From contig NC_058368.1 of the NCBI RefSeq assembly GCF_018350175.1, forward strand, positions 89,840,001 through 89,904,000: 64,000 nt of DNA. Direction: 5' to 3'. The notes under the pieces are model-generated. The model did not search any database and was not told the DNA's origin. It worked only from the letters and a program-made list of their open reading frames with translations. The position numbers and the translations under genes are program-made. Below, one piece after another: positions 61,169 through 64,000 of this stretch. This stretch comes from Felis catus. Its lineage: Eukaryota. The stretch's first letter is position 1. The number at the start of each line of letters is the position of its first letter.

Positions 61169-61415
61169 ACTGAAATCACACACTAGTTGGCATATCAAAC
61201 CCCAACCAAATGATTCAGTCAGTCTCCCCCAGGCAAACCCAACCTCCCAACCCAAATTGCCTAGACCAATTAACTGATTTGGCTGGAGAAACAGATTAAT
61301 TGACACAACACTGGTAGAGTGCCTACACTATGCCACACATTGGTATTTGTTGTTGCCTTAATTGCATTGATTGGATGATGTCAGTTGAGTCCAACTGACT
61401 TCATTTGTGCAATAC

Positions 61416-62540
61416 TGTAATCTATAAGAAATATAAACTATAGAGAACAAACTGAGGGTTACCAGAGAGGACGTGGGGGGGGGGGTAAAAGAGATGATAA
61501 GGGATTAGAGAGTACACTTACCATGATGAGCCCTGTGTAATGCTTAGAACTGTTGAATCACTGTATCGTACAACTGCAACTATAATATAACAGTTTATGT
61601 TAACTATACTGGAATCAAAATAAAAAGCTTAAAAGAAAGAAATATATATTTGGCCATTCCAATGACCAAAATATATTTGTCCATGGTCCCCAGCTCACAG
61701 CAACCAAAACCCTTAAAATCTTTTGAGTGATAAGATAATTGGAACATATTTTGTTATATTGGGTCACCTGTCCTCAGTTCCTGAAAGCGCTTCACTGCCA
61801 TAAAGGTGAAATGGGTGTCTTGCTTTTCATGACAAGCTCCTTTCCACACAACTGGGTTTTATGTCAATGAGGTGACTTTTGGAAAGTCCCTAAGGGTGGG
61901 GGCTGGCTGCCAAGGGAACCAACCATGAGTAGAAGGTTGGAACTTTCGGTCCCACCCCCTGATGTCCACAGAGGAGAGAGGGGCTGGAGGTTGAATGGGT
62001 CACCAGTGGTCAAGGATTTCATCGATCATGCACATGAAATGAAGCCTCCATAAAAAAAAAACAGAAGGTGAGGGGTTCAGAGAACATCTAGGTTGGTGAA
62101 CCAGACCCTCCATGTGTCACCATGCTGGGCCCAAGCTCCATGGGAATAGAAGCACCTTTGTTGGGGATCGCCCCCTACATATCTCTTCGTCTGGCTGTTG
62201 ACCCACCTCCTTTTATCCTTTGTAATAAAACAGTGATCTAGTGGGTAAATGGGTTTCCTGGGTTCTGTGACTGCTCTAGCAAACGGATTGAACCCAAGGA
62301 CTGGGTGGTGGGAATCTCTGATTTATGCCAGTCAGTCAGAAGTACAGAATCCCTGGACTTGGGATTGGTATCTGAAGCAGAAAGCAGTCTTATAGGACCA
62401 AGCCCTCAACCTGTGGGATCTGATGCTGTCTCCAAGTACATAGTGTCAGAATTGAGTTGAATTGTAGGACATTCAGCTGGTTTTGGACAATAGCTCCGTG
62501 GTGGGGAAAACACCCACTCTCCATATATTGGAAATGGAGC
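61416..62540 (+). mobile_element. MER21-like solo LTR with a carnivore L1 3' tip (61436-61636) inserted
   Basis: 'aatgaggtgactttt...ggggctggctgcc...ggttggaacttt...atgaagcctccataaaa...tagtgtcagaattgagttgaattgtaggaca'; L1 TSD aagaaatata. Confidence 0.8.
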
Positions 62541-62635
62541 TGAATCCTGGTATGTAAGTGTGTATTTTTTTCTAAATGATATCTGTTTTTTTATTTTAAA
62601 CTTGCTGAATAAGGGTTTTATGTGTGTCTCTAAAA

Positions 62636-62840
62636 CTTTTAATTTTTGTAATGTTTTATTTATTTTCGAGAGAGAGAGACAGAGTGAGAGCGGAGGAACG
62701 ACAGAGAGAGAGAGAGAGAGAATCCGAAGCAGGTTCTAGGCTCTGAGCTGTCAACACAGAGCCTGAATTGGGGCTAAAACCCATGAACCTCGAGATCATG
62801 ACCTGAGCTGAAGTCAAACACTGAGCCACTCATATGCCCC
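62636..62840 (-). mobile_element. Can-SINE
   Basis: Body and tail. Confidence 0.88.
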
Positions 62841-63139
62841 TCTGTCCCCATTTCTGAGACCAAGTGTCAGCAGCAACTTATCACTGCATTTCCCCATTTC
62901 TCATGGTAGGGTAAGAGAAAGTTAAGAGAATGTTAAGATACAGAAAAATTTTGTTTCCATGTCTTCATTAAAGGCAGGTAAAGGTGAAGAGGGCCAGCAG
63001 TTCAGGCAGAGCACAGTGAATGACTCATGTCTGTGCCATGTGACATCTGCTGGGGCCAGATGTCTGGGACGGCTTCTTCATTCGTCTGCTGGTGCTGCAG
63101 TTAGAATGGCTCTAACTGCCAGGGACTTTTTTTCATTGT

Positions 63140-63343
63140 TTTCATTTTTAAGTTTATTTATGTTAAGAGAGAGTGAGTGAGTGGGGAAGAGGCAGAGCGA
63201 GAGGGGGAGAGAGAGAATCCCAAGCAGGCTCCATGCTATCAGTGCAGAGCCTGACATGGGGCTGGATCTCATGAATCCCGAGATCGTGACCTGAGCCAGA
63301 ACCGAGAGTTGGGCGCCCAATCAAATGAGCCACCCAGGCGCCC
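63140..63343 (-). mobile_element. Can-SINE
   Basis: TSD ctgccaggga / ctgccgggaa. Confidence 0.88.
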
Positions 63344-63774
63344 CTGCCGGGAAGTTGAGAAGTATGACTGCAGCTAAGCCAGATTGCAGGTTTGTGCTGC
63401 TGTCCACGGAATACACCTTATCGCCTCTCAGGCATGGGCTGGACTGTACAGTTGACTCAACTCGCCCATCAGGTCATGAGTCAGCCCCTTTACTCTGTGT
63501 CCCCAGCCAGAGACAGGGCCCAGCCTGATCAGGGATGCTCTAGGAGGAGGGCAGTTCTAAAGAAGCCATGGGTTAATGAATGCTACATCCAGTTAGGGAG
63601 GTAAAGAGAACTGAAGCCAATGTCAAACCCCACCACAGGTCAGAGCAGAGGATGAGGTCTATGGAGAAAGCCAGAAACAGGCTGAATTCTGACCACCACC
63701 GCTGACGCCCACTTCATGTGCCAGCCATGGGCAGAAGCTTTATATAACTTCCCTCTAAGCTGCTGTTTGGTTGC

Positions 63775-64000
63775 GGGTTGGGGGATGGTGTCTTAAGACC
63801 CACCTCAAGTTTAATGATTCACTAGAATTCAGAACACTCAATGCCAGGTTATATCCATGGCTAAGGTTTATTACAGGAAAGGACACAGAGCAAAAGCAGG
63901 ACAAAGATATGTGTTGAGTGAGGTCCAGAAAGGTCAGGCACAGACTTAAAAGTCCTTCCCTCATAGGGCCACCCAGGATACACTTTTCTCTGCAACAGAG
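63775..64000 (-). mobile_element. ERVL-class LTR (MER77/MER21C-like), runs off the window
   Basis: 'aagacccacctcaagtttaatgattcactaga...atggctaaggtttattacaggaaagga'. Confidence 0.6.

Noticed and set aside
61380..61399. 8-bp stem gtcagttg-agtc-caactgac
   Set aside because: Short enough to occur by chance in 64 kb; no associated element identified.
1428..63320. Recurrent 'WVAQSVK...SAQVMIS' ORFs and tRNA-like A/B boxes
   Set aside because: Read-throughs of tRNA-derived Can-SINEs; not proteins or true tRNA genes.
63333..63353. CTCF-like sequence at a SINE head junction
   Set aside because: One G short of the core spacing; arises from the SINE 5' end.
1..64000. L1 strand bias as evidence for lying in an intron
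   Set aside because: L1 fragments occur on both strands; bias too weak to infer a host gene.
1..64000. CRISPR-like arrays, operons or a novel multi-gene system
   Set aside because: Eukaryotic repeat-rich DNA; repeated units are dispersed SINEs/L1s, not regularly spaced arrays, and no intact genes were found.

Overview
Mammalian genomic DNA, almost certainly felid: it holds roughly 55 tRNA-derived Can-SINEs (counted by eye, several of the young SINEC_Fc type) and carnivore/felid L1 3' ends. The window is mostly interspersed repeats: nested old and young L1, Can-SINEs, MIR/L2, MaLR/ERVL/ERV1 solo LTRs, and MER20/MER5/Tigger2/MER47 DNA-transposon relics. A GC-richer, repeat-poor block at about 8.9-19.4 kb carries CTCF- and NF-kB-like motifs. 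The only recognisable gene-derived sequence is a disabled RPL31 retrocopy (minus strand, about 56.64-57.42 kb). I could support no intact protein-coding exon, and most ORFs in the track are SINE/L1 read-throughs or chance. I found no evidence of a new multi-gene system. The most interesting signals are small rearrangement scars: an inverted templated insertion copied from 1 kb away into a SINE, a fold-back insertion in an LTR, an unusually long (~41 bp) L1 target-site duplication later re-hit by a SINE, internally inverted old L1s, a SINE with an apparent 3' extra tag, and a possibly semi-processed RPL31 retrocopy. Repeat family names are from memory of consensus sequences, not a database search, and boundaries are approximate unless defined by target-site duplications (TSDs).
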